A stretch of DNA of 43,355 bases from Chiloscyllium plagiosum (lineage: Eukaryota): contig NC_057718.1 of the NCBI RefSeq assembly GCF_004010195.1, forward strand, positions 82,601,848 to 82,645,202, given 5' to 3'. Shown piece by piece: positions 1 through 12,390 of this stretch. How positions within the stretch are numbered: position 1 is the first letter of the stretch; each line of letters opens with the position of its first letter. The notes under the pieces are model-generated. The model worked only from the letters and a program-made list of their open reading frames with translations, did not search any database and had not been told where the DNA came from. Both the position numbers and the translations under genes were made by a program.

Positions 1-119
1 AGGTTCTTGTCAGCTCAAACTTTTGTGAGATGACCATCTTCCCATTCCACACCCTCCATAACCTTCATCTGGTTCAGAAAACCCATGATCTAACACTCAC
101 CACATCCTGTTAATCCAAA

Positions 120-228
120 TGTCTGATACTGCAACAAATTTTGCATCTTAAATCCTGAGGGGGCATATTTCTGTAGTGAGAGAACCAGAGTTAATGTTCA
201 AGTCTGTGATCTTTCAGCAGAATTGAGA
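120..228 (-). mobile_element. Highly diverged PLE-terminus half copy
   Basis: Minus strand ttctgctgaaagatcacagacttgaacattaactctggttctctc resembles 28125-28175. Confidence 0.5.
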
Positions 229-299
229 ATAGTTAAATCCAGAATAATGAAGGCATAAATTGAAGTTTTTGAACAACGGATGAGCTAAAGCAGTTGTGA

Positions 300-600
300 A
301 GTTTGGCAGTGTTATGGAGATGGGATCGGCCATCATAGTGAGGCTGGAAGCTTATATTTGACTCAAATGTGATTTGATCTGAGAATGTTGCCAGGGAGAG
401 GAATGGAGTTGGTAGCTGGGGAGCAAAGATTGAATGGGGTAGTGGAGGGTTAATGACAACAATGGCCTCACAATTGCCAATATTTAGTTGGAGGAATTTT
501 CTACTTATCCGATGCTGGATGTTGGGTAATCTGGCAACGGTGGAGCAGTCAAGAGAGGAACATGGTGGTGTTGGTTGAAATGCAAAAACAAAACAACACC
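300..600 (-). mobile_element. L2-clade LINE RT fragment
   Basis: SLDCSTVARL..IQ..ISRKFLQLNIGNCEAIV resembles the L2 WMxxNFLQLNxxKTE motif. Confidence 0.65.
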
Positions 601-960
601 TGATTGTCATGGGCATGGATTCCCAAAACAAAGAGAGAGGCATCAGTGCAAATGTGGCTTCTAGAGACTGGCTTGGTTATCTTTGACATCGTCAATCCTG
701 CATTTAGTGATGTTATGGGTGCTTTTAATCAAAAGTATTTTCAACAAATTAATGAAACAGAAGGAGAAATGGGTTCTTGATCATCATGAATCATTTAATG
801 AAAACTCCTGTCTCATATCAAATTTCTTTTTGATGTTTTCTCCCTGATGAGATTGCTGTCATATCAGGGACAGATTGATTGGACTGCACGATTCATCACA
901 CATTCCTGGTCAGACTTATTCTCACCTATTAAATAAATCTATTTATGTATCTCTTTTTAG

Positions 961-1053
961 GAAGAGGCAGAGAACCAATTAAGATTGGTCCACACACAGA
1001 CCAAAGAAATGCTTCAGGGGCTCTTCCCAGAGGTGTCAGTATCCTCACAACAG
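961..1053 (+). CDS. RRBP1: RRBP1 coding exon A (first in window; gene begins upstream), EEAENQLRLVHTQTKEMLQGLFPEVSVSSQQ
   Basis: ctctttttag acceptor, cag|gtaaga donor, 93 nt, phase 0. Resembles mammalian RRBP1 EESEKQLCLIEAQTMEALLALLPELSVLAQQ (recalled). Confidence 0.9.
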
Positions 1054-1487
1054 GTAAGAGATGATTATTTGTTGTCTAAATGATCTCAATTTTAGTGGGC
1101 CAGCAACTGTGTTTTTAATTGAAAAGATGGAATTCTAAATTGTACTGTCAGCAACAATACTGTACATTTCCCATCATGCTTGACACCAGATTGAAGATGC
1201 GAGGTCCAATCTGTGCTCAGTTGGCTGAACTGAGGGGAAAAGACTCTACAGGTCCTCCTTTTGATTGCTATCCAGTGACCCCTGCTGGAACATCCATGTA
1301 TGTGCAGACTTCCAGTGAATCCAGCTCAGCCTCAGCTGTCAAACTGTCTGAACTCTGTTAAGACAAATGATCATGCAAGTGATGTCAGAGCTTTATAGAT
1401 CAGGCTGAGCCATAGCCAGGCAGCAGTGCCTCAGTTGAAAGCCTTGTTGGGTCATATAGTAAAGGTGAAGTCACCATAGTCCTAGAG

Positions 1488-1673
1488 ACAGTGAGGACCG
1501 CAGATGCTGGAGATCAGAGTCGAGAGCGTGGTGCTGGAAAAGCACAGCAGGTCAGGCAGCATCCGAGAAGCAGGAGACGGGCTTATACTCCTGATGAAAG
1601 GCTTATGCCTGAAATCTCGATTCTCCTCGGATGCTGCCTGACCTGCTGTGCGTTTCCAGCACCACAGTCCCAA
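1488..1673. mobile_element. Palindromic PLE-terminus mini-element with decayed hammerhead
   Basis: 40-bp inverted arms 1528-1567/1626-1665 (1 mismatch). CTGATGA-A-AGGC ttat GCCT-GAAA at 1591-1614. 13-bp TSD CATAGTCC(T/G)AGAG at 1475-1487 and 1674-1686. Confidence 0.85.
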
Positions 1674-2406
1674 CATAGTCCGAGAGTCCCACAGTGCTGT
1701 TCCCTTATAAGAGATGATTGTGGTGCATTTAACCTGAGGGTCACCGCACCTCAGGGAAGTGGCGTGGTAGGACCTTCAGCTGGCCCAGGAATTGGGGGCA
1801 CCATTGAACCCACACAATTGACATCAGTCACTGGCCAACTGAGCAACTGACCCCCATGCAGTGATACATCAGCAACGGCAGCGCCGTCAGGAGAGGTGGA
1901 ACAAGTGAATGTTCAGTCCGCTTTTAGTCCTAGTTCTAAATAGCAGGAATGTAATTTTTAACTAAGGCCTTTTTTTTATGAAAGCAAATGCATTTAATCA
2001 TTAAAACTTTGTAATTTTCATTTAAACCATGAATTTAAACACTAAATTAAAATTACCCTATGTTTGCAGTTTAGTGACACATATCAGCTAAATGAATGTA
2101 ATGAATATGCAAAAAGAATGAAAATAAAACCTACATTTTACGTGAGATGTTGTGCTGGGAATGCCGAGCTTGAAGAGGTGGTGGAGGCAGATTTAATAGT
2201 AACTTTCAGGAGTGAATTGGATGAATAATTGGAAAGGAAACATTTACAAACCCAGTCGGAAAGAGTAAGTCAGGTGGAACTGATTGGATAGCCTTTTCAG
2301 CATAATCTGGATGGGCTGAATAGTCATCTCCTTTGTAGGTTTGTAAGTTAAAGCAGTTGCTTTTAGTGCAACACCGTTCTGTACTAACGAATATGTTATG
2401 TTTCAG

Positions 2407-2481
2407 CTTTATAGTGATTGGTTACAGGAGTTCAAGCAGAAGACGTTGGAGTTCCTGAACCAGCCAAATAAAGACCCCTCC
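2407..2481 (+). CDS. RRBP1: RRBP1 exon B, LYSDWLQEFKQKTLEFLNQPNKDPS
   Basis: tttcag acceptor, tcc|gtgagt donor, 75 nt. Matches the NYTEWLQDLKEK segment of RRBP1. Confidence 0.9.
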
Positions 2482-3314
2482 GTGAGTACTGCTGGCAGAA
2501 AGAAGCAAATGTCAGAGTGAAGTATCTGGCTTTTTAACTGTAAAACCTCTCCCCTCTGTTCCTTTTTCACACTGGCATACAGTTGGCTTTTGTTACAGAG
2601 ACGCAGGGTAATTCTTCATGAGTAGTTAGCATTGTCAGACTATTCAATTACGTAAGACATCACAGTTGTACCCACCTCCTGTCCTGACCTCTTGATGATT
2701 ACAGATACTTGCCAGTGAGAAATGCTGAACAATTATCAGGTGATTTCTAACTCAAGCCGTGTCCAGTTCTCTCTCCTCCTGTGTGTCCCATTCTCCCCGG
2801 CCATTCCCTGGACTTGCACATTTCACATCTGCTTGCTCCCCTTGCCTGCCAGGAGAGCTCAAACTCACATGAGTGGACGAAGAATGAAAAAGAGCAGGGA
2901 AAAAAACACACAGCTTGCCATCTCCCTGTCCACCACAGAATAGTTTGACATCACCCACTTGAGCAACCCTTGGCTGATGAAACCAGCGTGCCCTCGCCTT
3001 TGGAAGCTCAGTCTCTCCCAGGGTTCTGCCAACTCATCCTGGCCTCGACTGCCTGTTCTTCTTGTCACGTGCTGCTCATGTCCAGCACACCACCTTGAAC
3101 TCTGCAGTCACAGTTCCACTTTAACCTGTCCGTTCTCTTTTCCAATTGGAACTTAATGCTCATCTCCGCTCGCTTATGCTTGCTGTTGTGAGTGTTTTGT
3201 TTTGGTGTGTGGTACCTTCTAGATTACTGCACAGTTGTGAACCCACACACCTTTTAGAGACAACGTTGATCAGGAATCTTCTTTTTTTTATTTCAAAAAT
3301 ATACTTTATTCATA

Positions 3315-3814
3315 NNNNNNNNNNNNNNNNNNNNNNNNNNNNNNNNNNNNNNNNNNNNNNNNNNNNNNNNNNNNNNNNNNNNNNNNNNNNNNNNNNNNNN
3401 NNNNNNNNNNNNNNNNNNNNNNNNNNNNNNNNNNNNNNNNNNNNNNNNNNNNNNNNNNNNNNNNNNNNNNNNNNNNNNNNNNNNNNNNNNNNNNNNNNNN
3501 NNNNNNNNNNNNNNNNNNNNNNNNNNNNNNNNNNNNNNNNNNNNNNNNNNNNNNNNNNNNNNNNNNNNNNNNNNNNNNNNNNNNNNNNNNNNNNNNNNNN
3601 NNNNNNNNNNNNNNNNNNNNNNNNNNNNNNNNNNNNNNNNNNNNNNNNNNNNNNNNNNNNNNNNNNNNNNNNNNNNNNNNNNNNNNNNNNNNNNNNNNNN
3701 NNNNNNNNNNNNNNNNNNNNNNNNNNNNNNNNNNNNNNNNNNNNNNNNNNNNNNNNNNNNNNNNNNNNNNNNNNNNNNNNNNNNNNNNNNNNNNNNNNNN
3801 NNNNNNNNNNNNNN
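3315..3814. other. Assembly gap (500 N)
   Basis: Run of N. Confidence 1.
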
Positions 3815-4109
3815 TTTGTATTTCTGCCCTCTGCCATTCTAAAAGATCACGGATGATCTGTTTGAGTTTTGAATTCCACATTCTCATCTATTCCCGTTAA
3901 CCTTTGATTCCACTGCCTGCTAAGAGTCTATTCACCTTCAATGGGAGATGGAGCTGTGTTAATCTTCACATAAAACACTCCCCCCCCCCGCACTCACTTA
4001 AACACAGAAAATGGGAACATTCTACTCCATGCAAATTAATCTACCACCCTAGTGATGACCTTTTCTTTGTGTTCTGTGCTTTCATGTGGCTATTGAGGTA
4101 TAGGGTTGG

Positions 4110-4191
4110 GTCAAAGAGTGTGGCACTGGAAAAGCACAGTTGGTCAGGCAGCATCTGAGGAGCAGGAGCGTCAATGTTTCAGGCATAAGCC
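4110..4191 (-). mobile_element. Half copy of the PLE-terminus mini-element
   Basis: ctggaaaagcacagttggtcaggcagcatctgaggagcaggag...gtttcaggcataagcc matches the arm of the 1488-1673 element. Confidence 0.75.
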
Positions 4192-4399
4192 TGTAGGGCG
4201 ATACTTAAGCCTGTAGGGCTGGGTGTTGGGTTACTAGATGAGTTAACTTTCCTAACTTACACATCGGTGTAAACTGCAGCTTGCTCATGTTTGAATACAC
4301 ACCGTCCCTACAACCATTGTGTACATCATATTCCAATGTCTGTTGTCTACAGTTGCTACAATGATTTCCCTCTTACCCCCTGATGTATTATGATACTTA

Positions 4400-4700
4400 G
4401 CTGTGACTCCTTATTAACATCCCTGTCTTTCGGTCAGAAGTTGGGAGTTCAAATCCCACACTGACAGTGTGATTATGAATCCAGGATGCCTGGGGAATAT
4501 ACTGATTTTTGGGTAAAGCACTACACTGAAGTTCTGTCTTCTGTATGTGGCGATATTTGGAGAAGACCAAGGAAGGCATTTTGGCTTTCAATATTTGTTC
4601 CACGTCATTAAAAAAAAATGATAATCTGGCTGTCGTGCAAATGCTGTTACGGGATCTTGGGTATGAAAATTGGCTGCTGCATTGCCTACATCACAACCAT
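4400..4700 (+). mobile_element. DeuSINE, degenerate
   Basis: gagttcaaatccca B box, then ...aatctggctg...aaattggctgctgcattgcctacatcacaac Deu-like 3' part. Confidence 0.6.
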
Positions 4701-4912
4701 GGGACTAGTTTCATTTGGAATTATGTTTGGCATGGATTGGTTGGACCAAAGGATCTATTTCTATACTGTATGTCTCTGTGTCTTCACTTTAAAGGATTCC
4801 ATTAGCTGTGCAGCACCTTTGGAACCCTGAGGCAATTGAATGTAAGTCCTTCCTTTCCATTGCCAACAGAAATGTTTATGATGATTCATTTCTTCTGTTC
4901 CAATTATTTCAG

Positions 4913-5002
4913 GATCTAGCACTTAAGTTAAAAGAAGCCGAAGAAGCCCAAAGCACTTTACAAGCAGATTGTGACCAATACAGAACAGTTCTTGCTGAGA
5001 CA
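4913..5002 (+). CDS. RRBP1: RRBP1 exon C, DLALKLKEAEEAQSTLQADCDQYRTVLAET
   Basis: tatttcag acceptor, aca|gtgagt donor, 90 nt. Near-identical to DLASKLREAEETQSTLQAECDQYRSILAET. Confidence 0.96.
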
Positions 5003-5123
5003 GTGAGTTCATTCAAACTCTTCTCTCCTATGTGACCTGTTGCTAATATGTGAACAGAGTCGACCACTGTGCCAGAGCTGAATATTTCAGTGTGTGTGCT
5101 TTCTCCTTTGCTCAATTTCACAG

Positions 5124-5216
5124 GAGGGAATGCTGAAAGACCTACAGAAAAGCGTGGAAGAGGAGGAGCACGTGTGGAAAGGGAAGTTAGCAGAGTCTGA
5201 GGCACAAGCTCAGAAG
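5124..5216 (+). CDS. RRBP1: RRBP1 exon D, EGMLKDLQKSVEEEEHVWKGKLAESEAQAQK
   Basis: ttcacag acceptor, aag|gtgagg donor, 93 nt, after a 121-nt intron. Matches EGMLRDLQKSVEEEEQVW. Confidence 0.96.
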
Positions 5217-5384
5217 GTGAGGTCATGTTTACTCGGTGTGAGGCTTTTCCATTCTGTTCCCTTGTGAAACAAACGGATTTTGGAAGATTATTCTCATTAA
5301 ACAAGGAGACCCCATTTACACTGAGACTGAAAGGAAAATTATGCCTATTCATTCCAATTAACCTGGTTGTGTTGCTCTGATCGG

Positions 5385-6258
5385 TATCTGTCCTCCTTGG
5401 CCCAACTTATCCATGCCACCCAGATTTCACAATTAATCTAGACCCATTTACCTGCAATTGGTCCATAGCCCTCCATACCTATCCCATCCATATATTGGTC
5501 ATAGAGTCATAGAGTCATAGAGATGTACAGCATGGAAACAGACACTTCAGTCCAACCCGTCCATGCCGACCATATATCCCAATCCAATCTAGTCCCATCT
5601 GCCAACACCCGGCCCATATCCCTCCAAACCCTTCCTATTCATATACCCATCCAAATGCCTCTTAAATTATGCAATTGTACCAGCCTCCACCACTTCCTCT
5701 GGCAGCTCAATCCAAACACTTATTACCCTCTGCGTGAAAAAGTTGCCCCTTAGATCTCTCTTATATCTTTCCCCTCTCACCCTAAACCTATGCCCTCTAG
5801 TTCTGGACTCCCCGACCCCAGGGAAAAGACTTTGCCTATTTACCCTATCCATGCCCCTCATAATTTTNNNNNNNNNNNNNNNNNNNNNNNNNNNNNNNNN
5901 NNNNNNNNNNNNNNNNNNNNNNNNNNNNNNNNNNNNNNNNNNNNNNNNNNNNNNNNNNNNNNNNNNNNNNNNNNNNNNNNNNNNNNNNNNNNNNNNNNNN
6001 NNNNNNNNNNNNNNNTCCTGCTAAGATTTCTTTCCCAAAATGCAGCACCTCACATTTATTTGAATTAAACTCCATCTGCCACTTCTCAGCCCATTGGCCC
6101 ATCTGGTCCAGATCCTGTTGTATTCTGAGGTAACCCTCTTCACTGTCCACTACACCTCCAATTTTTGTGTCATCTGTGGTCTAAATGTTTCTAAAATGAC
6201 AGAATTATACCCAGCTCCACAACGACCTCTGGTAACCCGTTCCAGAGACTCAGCACTT
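5385..6258 (-). mobile_element. CR1 LINE 3' end with a younger CR1 (5501-6176) nested inside
   Basis: (CATAGAGT)n tail at ~5500-5522; RGHRFRVRG...FFTQRV...W and WQMEFNSNKCEVLHFG peptides; TGGTC duplicated at 5496-5500 and 6177-6181. Confidence 0.9.
5868..6015. other. Assembly gap (148 N) inside a CR1 copy
   Basis: Run of N. Confidence 1.
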
Positions 6259-6559
6259 GTTGCCGCTGTAAAATGCTTTGGAACATCCTGAGGTGGTGAA
6301 AGGCGCCATACAAATGTAAATCTTGCTGTCATTTCCTTAAGGATAAAATCAAATCTAGCAGTTTTGGTCAATATACTGAAAAGGAATTGGGGACCTGTCC
6401 TAGAATTGTTGTAGTTCAGAGGAAGCATTTTCATTTTTTTCACCCCTCCCCCATCATCTTTGGCTAAGCACCCATCCTTCAACCTAAAGGAAATGATGGC
6501 GACCTGAACGTAGAGCCATAAGTTGGTGTTCCTTTTATAACCAGTGAATAGGGAATAAG

Positions 6560-7715
6560 CAAGGAATGATGAGATTCCATGTGAGTACCACAAATTCCAC
6601 ATGGCTTTACAAAAAGGGAATTTATTATGGATGCAACCAGTAGTGTATTTAAACAGGTTGGTAATACTTGAATTTCCAAAAGGTGCCACATTAAAGGTTA
6701 TTACACAAGATAAGGGCTCATGGATTTGTTCAGGGTGGTTGGGGAATTGATTAACAGGCAGGAAGCAAAGTGTAGGGATAAATGGGACATTCACCTTTTG
6801 ATTGTTGTAAGTGCCACCAAATTGATTTCTAAATCTTGACGATGTAGAATCTATAGTAATGATTTAGAGGAAGGGGCAGAGAATAAGGTGTCTCAGTCTT
6901 CTGATGATACAAAGCTGGGCAGGAATATAAGCTTCAGGAGGACAGAAACAGGCTGCGAGGGTATACTTGGGTTGTAAATATGCACCAAGGTATTTATTCA
7001 GTTAGATAGTAAGAATAGAAAAGCAGTATATGTTTTAGAAGACATGAAACCTGCAAATGTTGATGTTAAGAAAGACTCTGATGTACTCTCAGAAGGAGCA
7101 CTGAACGTTGGCAAACAATTAGGAAGGCAAATGGAAAGTTGGCTGGTTTTGCGCGGGGATTGGAATACAATCTTGTTGCAGTTGTATAGAGCGTTGGTGA
7201 CACTGCACCTGGAGTAGACCATGATGCTTTGGTCTCCATATTTAAGGAAGGTTGCACTTGTGTGGAGGTGATATAGTGAAGATTCAATAGATTGGTTCTT
7301 GGGATGAGAGAGTTGCCCTAGAGTGAGAGGTTGAGTAGATTAAGTTTGTACTCTCTGAAGTTTAGAGGAAAGAGACCATAGAAGATTTCTGAAGAGGCTG
7401 GATTGGATAGACACTGTGAAATTGTTCACATGGCTGACATCTAGGAAATAGTGTTACATTTTCAGGATAACAGGTGAATTATTTAAGACTAACACAAAGA
7501 ACAATCTGTTCACTCAGAGTTATGAATTTTTGGAACTTTCTGACCCAGAGTATTTTGAATGCTCCATTGTTAAGTGTAGTTAAGGCAGAGCTAGTTATTT
7601 GGTGTCTCAGGGAATCTGGGGACAGGGTGTGATGTGACGGAAGATCAGCCCTGATCATTATGAATGGCTGAGTGGGCTCAGTGGATTGTGCAGTCTGCTC
7701 CTGTTTCTATCACTT
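6560..7715 (+). mobile_element. Old CR1 ORF2 (RT to 3' end) fragment
   Basis: Decayed F.KVPH, DDTKLG and LYRALV..HLE motifs; CR1-type 3' end. Confidence 0.8.
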
Positions 7716-8542
7716 GTGTTGTAATTTAAAGAGTTAAGTTTTAAGGACTGACTAAGAGTTGGGGTAGGGTAGAGATGTGAAGATTTTTGAGGAGGTAAGC
7801 CCAGAACATAGTGCCCAGGGGCAAAGTTGCTAGTGGTGTAACAAAGGAATCAGGTTGTAATTGATAAGAAAAATGCAGAGACCTCAGAGAGTACTACAGA
7901 GGAGGAGGTTGCAGAGAAGGAGAGAGGTAAGGCTGTGGAGGAATTTGAAAATGAGGAGGAGAATCCTCATTAAAAAATTTATGTTTGGGATTTGTTTCTT
8001 TTAGGACAGAACTGTAAGAACAGGCCAGCAATCCTTTCCTAAGAGAAAAGAAAATCAGGCAGTCATTTAACAGAAGTCTTTAATCTTTGATGGAATTGAA
8101 TAGGGTAGATGTAGATATTTCCTGTTGAGAGTTTACAGTTTGAAAATATGGAGCTACTCAGAAATGCAGCAGAAAGTTCCTTTTAAACAGAGTGAGTGAA
8201 TATGGCACATGAAGTGGTTGGTGCCAGTTATATAAATATATTTAAGGGCAAACTAGAAGTGTGTGAAGAAGAAAGGAATGGAAGAATATGTTCTTAGCTA
8301 AGAAGAATATTATTAGCTAAAGTAAATGAGAGAATTCTTGTATTAAGCATAAACACCAAATTCGATATTTGGGATAAATGGTGTTTTCTTGTCCTTTAAT
8401 ATGTTTAAAAGTACGATACCTTCAGACCATGATGATGATCCCATGGGAATTTCTCCACATTGACAAAAGCCAATGAATGTCTTGTTCAACAGTGGAGTAG
8501 AGATCAGTGACGGTCCGAGGCAGAGGTCAGACCAACAACTCC

Positions 8543-8762
8543 CAAAATACTGCAGATGCTGGAAATCAAAAACAAGCAGAAAGTGGGGGGAACCGCAGGT
8601 CAAGTAGGATCTGTGGATACAGAAACAGAATTAACATTTCAGATTGATGGCCTCTCATTGGAATGCTTTCAATGAAAAGTCATGAACCTGAAATGTGAAC
8701 CCTTTCTTTCTGCGCAGAATCTGGCTGACATACTGAGTATTTTCTTAGTGTTTTCTATTTTT
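8543..8762. mobile_element. Old palindromic PLE-terminus mini-element
   Basis: aaatactgcagatgctggaaatc...atctgtggatacagaaacagaattaacatttca mirrored by tgaaatgtgaaccctttctttctgcgcaga...; heavily diverged. Confidence 0.65.
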
Positions 8763-9050
8763 AATACAGGAAATAGCATCTCTAGCTTTTGTGCAAATAA
8801 ACGGTCCTAATCTCTCGTAAGTGGTGTAGGGCTATAGTTTGTACGATTTAAATAAATCGAAGCACATTGCATGCAGTCTTGTTTGTTTTTCATTAATAAT
8901 GCTGTACAGTGTGGAATACAGCTGTATCATAGCACTACATCATTATACAGGTCCTTATATATAATAGGGATATTGTACTTGCATGAATGCACTTGGTAGA
9001 ATCAGTGGGGTCTTCGTGGTGACAGCTAATTGGTATTTCTGTTTTTACAG

Positions 9051-9122
9051 GCACAGCTACAAGTAAAAATGTTAGAGGACATGCTGGAGAAAATGAAGCT
9101 CGAATCCCAAAACTCAGAACAG
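9051..9122 (+). CDS. RRBP1: RRBP1 exon E, AQLQVKMLEDMLEKMKLESQNSEQ
   Basis: gtttttacag acceptor, cag|gtactt donor, 72 nt, in frame, coiled-coil composition. Confidence 0.88.
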
Positions 9123-9663
9123 GTACTTTTTCCCAGTTACTGCATGAGAATGGCTGCAAACCATTCAACCATGTGATCCTGCTCAGCCTTCAATTAAATC
9201 ATGAATGATCTGTATCTGAACTCAAGTCCACCACTGCTCCATGTCCTGCGATGTCCTCACCAAATAACAGCCTTTCAAGCTGGTCTTGATAGCTGCAGTT
9301 GTGTGCTCCCAGAATCCAGTGCCTTTTGGAGGAATCATTTCAAATTTCCACTACCATTTATGCTTCCTAATTTCCGATTACATCCTTAGTTTGCGATACC
9401 TTCACTAAAAATTCTTTCTATTTAACACAGTCAGTGACTCCTCCAGCCTTGAAGATCTTGCCTCCTTATCTAGAAACTGGTCCATATGCACAAATTGGTA
9501 CCAGATGCCTTATTTAAGGACTCATTCAACCCTTTGGCCAGGCTTGATCACATCCTTTCCGATGTCAACACTCCTGTTTCAACAGGGTCACTCCATCAGT
9601 TGTGATAGGTAAGAAACTTAATTGAACAATTCCGCTATCATCAAATCTCTGTTTTCTCCCCAG

Positions 9664-9759
9664 ATGAAGGATCGTGTTGCTGAATTGGAGGTCCAGCTCC
9701 AACACCAATTAGAATCTGCAGATGCAGTGTGTCAGAAATACTCAGTAGAAGTAAGAGAG
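9664..9759 (+). CDS. RRBP1: RRBP1 exon F, MKDRVAELEVQLQHQLESADAVCQKYSVEVRE
   Basis: ttctccccag acceptor, gag|gtgagt donor, 96 nt. CQKYSVEV aligns to CQNYAKEV. Confidence 0.9.
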
Positions 9760-11989
9760 GTGAGTGTCCATAATTTCCTCCGGCTTTAATGAATTTGTAA
9801 CATATTTACATACCATGCGTTAACAGGTTCAATAGAAGTAACTCACAGTGGGAACTGTTGGCATGGGGGCCCCCTCAGCTGTGTCTCAGGGACACTCGGC
9901 TTGTACACCAGACTCTTCAGTCTGTGCAATGTTTAGGTCTGCGATGGGCCGAGTGGTAATGAATCTATGAAAATCCTCCCCCAAAAGTTTGTGGATAATC
10001 TGTCTTTGCATATATTCAGGACTGAGACAGGCAGACTTTTGATCTTGGGAATTAAGGGATACGGGGAGCAGCTGAGAAAGTGGAGTTGAAGCTGAAGATC
10101 AGCTGTAATTATGATGTATGGTAGAGCAGCTTTGAGAGGTCATATATTCTACTCCTGCTCCCATTTTCTGTGCTCTTATTCATCCCAGGAACCCTTGGAC
10201 AGCACATGATCAGCAACAGTAGTCCCGTTGCTTCCAATGTTCTACTCTGCAAAGAACATGGCTGTTATGACTGTTATAGGCTACCGATCGCTGAAGTAAA
10301 AAAAATCTTCAGAAAGAAAACAGGACTACAATTACCACAATTCTCAAGTGAAGTGAGAAATACAGCAGACCAATTATATATGTAGGCATCACTTTAGAGC
10401 CAAAAGCCACAACGTGTTTTATATTCTTTCCTCATCCGCCAACCTGTGGTGATTTTTCACCATTTGCAATTTGTGTCACATAGTTCAAGAACCATGTGCT
10501 TTCATTTTAAACCCAGTAAAAACATATTTCAAGCCCAAACTTTGTCACCCAGTTTTCACTGCTATGTCATTGACTTCCATCTCTCTCCTTTGTTGAGATC
10601 AACCACAGGGCTGTAATGTTGGGGCCATCCTAAACAAGCCAAGCATCAGTCTTCTATCCCTCATTGGACAGGAAGTTCCGCCCTCGAGCAATGCCAACCA
10701 ATCTGCTTGCTGGCAAGGAGTTCCCTGAGAAGAAGTTCATGGTGTCAGTGTCCTCTAAGGCTCAGGCCTTTTTGGGCATGGAGGGTTCTGGGTGGGGGTG
10801 AGGCAGGGGGCTTTTGGGTGCTATAAGGCATGGGCTGGAAGTGGGGGTAACTCCCTGGGGAGGGCTGCACCTGTTGTGGACAGGCATCCATAAAAATGCA
10901 ACTGCCTTTCTGTCTACCTTTTTAACAAATTAATTAAGTAGTGGTCTAACATATTATGGCAACCAAGGCAGATCGAGAGGCCAAGGTGGGTGTGTTATAC
11001 ACCTTTTGTACTTTGAGGACTTATATAACAGCACATGGGAATGTGGTAGAGTGGCCACCTGCTTTATTTAACCTGGCCCTCCTGCAAAAAGCATGTCTGT
11101 TGGGGCTTGTAACATCAAGGCCCGAGTTCGACAGTGCCCAACATGACCCTTTCCTGTCCTGACTGCCATCCAAGGGTTTTCAGTCAACTGACTTAGGACA
11201 AAGCAGGAGGGTTTGTGATTTGTCGTTGTACTATTCACTGATTTAATGGACTGTAATGGCAAGGATACACTTCAGAAATCTAGGAATATAGAAGCAGGCA
11301 GAGATTATTTGGCCCTCAAGCCTGCCCTTGCCCTGAATTAAATGATTCATGGTCAATATGTCAATCTCCTGTATCTACTCGTGCTCCATATTCCTGATTT
11401 CCTTAGCCCAACAAACATGTCTTAATGGTCATAAAAATTACAGTTAATCCTGTCAGGCAGCCTTTTGAGGGAGGGATTTCCAGATTCCAGATTTCTCTGT
11501 GTGAAATAGAACTTCTTGACCCCAACCCCATTTTTGATCTTTTTGCAATTTTACTCAGTGGTCCAATTAAAAAATCGATGTATAATTCTCCATAATGGTT
11601 AACAATGGAGACTTTGAATGACTGTTCTAAGATACTATAGGAATGAAATCTCCTCAACACCCTAAACATTCCACACAGTGTTTAGTAAATTCTACATATT
11701 TGTTTTTTCTGAAAGATTCAGTATTCTTGGATAGTGAACAGTTTGAGTCCTGTTGCTACCATTAGGACTTCTAGACAGTTAGTGTGGATAGTCAGTAGTA
11801 CGGCCCTTTAATGCTGTAAGGAACAGTCACACCTCTAGCAGCAGTGAGTGGATTACTATATAGTTGTGTCTGATGATCACTAATTTCTATAAGGTGTGTC
11901 CAGTAATTGTAACCGGTGCAGTTGGACATCAATGGGCAAGCTCTTCTCTGGGATGGGAGTACTTTTAAAATAGAACCAAAAGAAATAAA

Positions 11990-12390
11990 TAGTTGCCTTT
12001 ACACAGTGCCTTTCATGATGTCAGAAGCTCCCAGATAACTTTATAACCAATAAAATATCATTTTGAGTGCAGTTGTTCTTGTTAATGTGCGGAACACAGC
12101 TGCCAGTTTGTGTACAGTGAACTCTCAGAAATGTCACTGTGATAATGATCCAATTACCTGATTTTCTCCGGTTGGTTGAAGGATAGGGTACTGGTGAGAA
12201 CTCTCATGTTTTCCTTTAGAATAGTGTCACCAGATCTTTAATGATCACCTGACAGGATAGAAACGCTTTCTGCATATCGTTTGAAAAATGACACCTTTGA
12301 CAGTGCAACACTCGCTCAGTGCTGCACTGCACTGGACTATCAGACTAGGGTTATGGGTTGCATTTTCCTAGAATGTGAATATGGGGTTTG
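11990..12390 (-). mobile_element. DeuSINE (AmnSINE1/SacSINE1-related)
   Basis: Minus strand shows Deu-domain-like gtgcagcactgagcgagtgttgcactgtcaaaggtgtc...aaagatctggtgacactattc...tatccttcaaccaacc (recalled consensus). Confidence 0.75.

Noticed and set aside
841..870. Hairpin TCCCTGAT...ATCAGGGA containing CTGATGA, ~90 nt upstream of exon A
   Set aside because: No GAAA box for a hammerhead and no convincing C/D or H/ACA layout; an 8-bp stem can occur by chance.
3146..3887. Long ORFs of 175-236 aa in the track
   Set aside because: They span the 500-N gap and are artefacts; the same applies to the ORFs crossing 5868-6015.
6150..6794. 214-aa minus-strand ORF
   Set aside because: Crosses unrelated CR1 and SINE fragments; no recognisable domain or splice context.
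10440..11280. GC-richer intronic stretch (also 16440-16760) that might be a decayed MITE or ncRNA
   Set aside because: No termini, TSD or conserved boxes could be established by eye.
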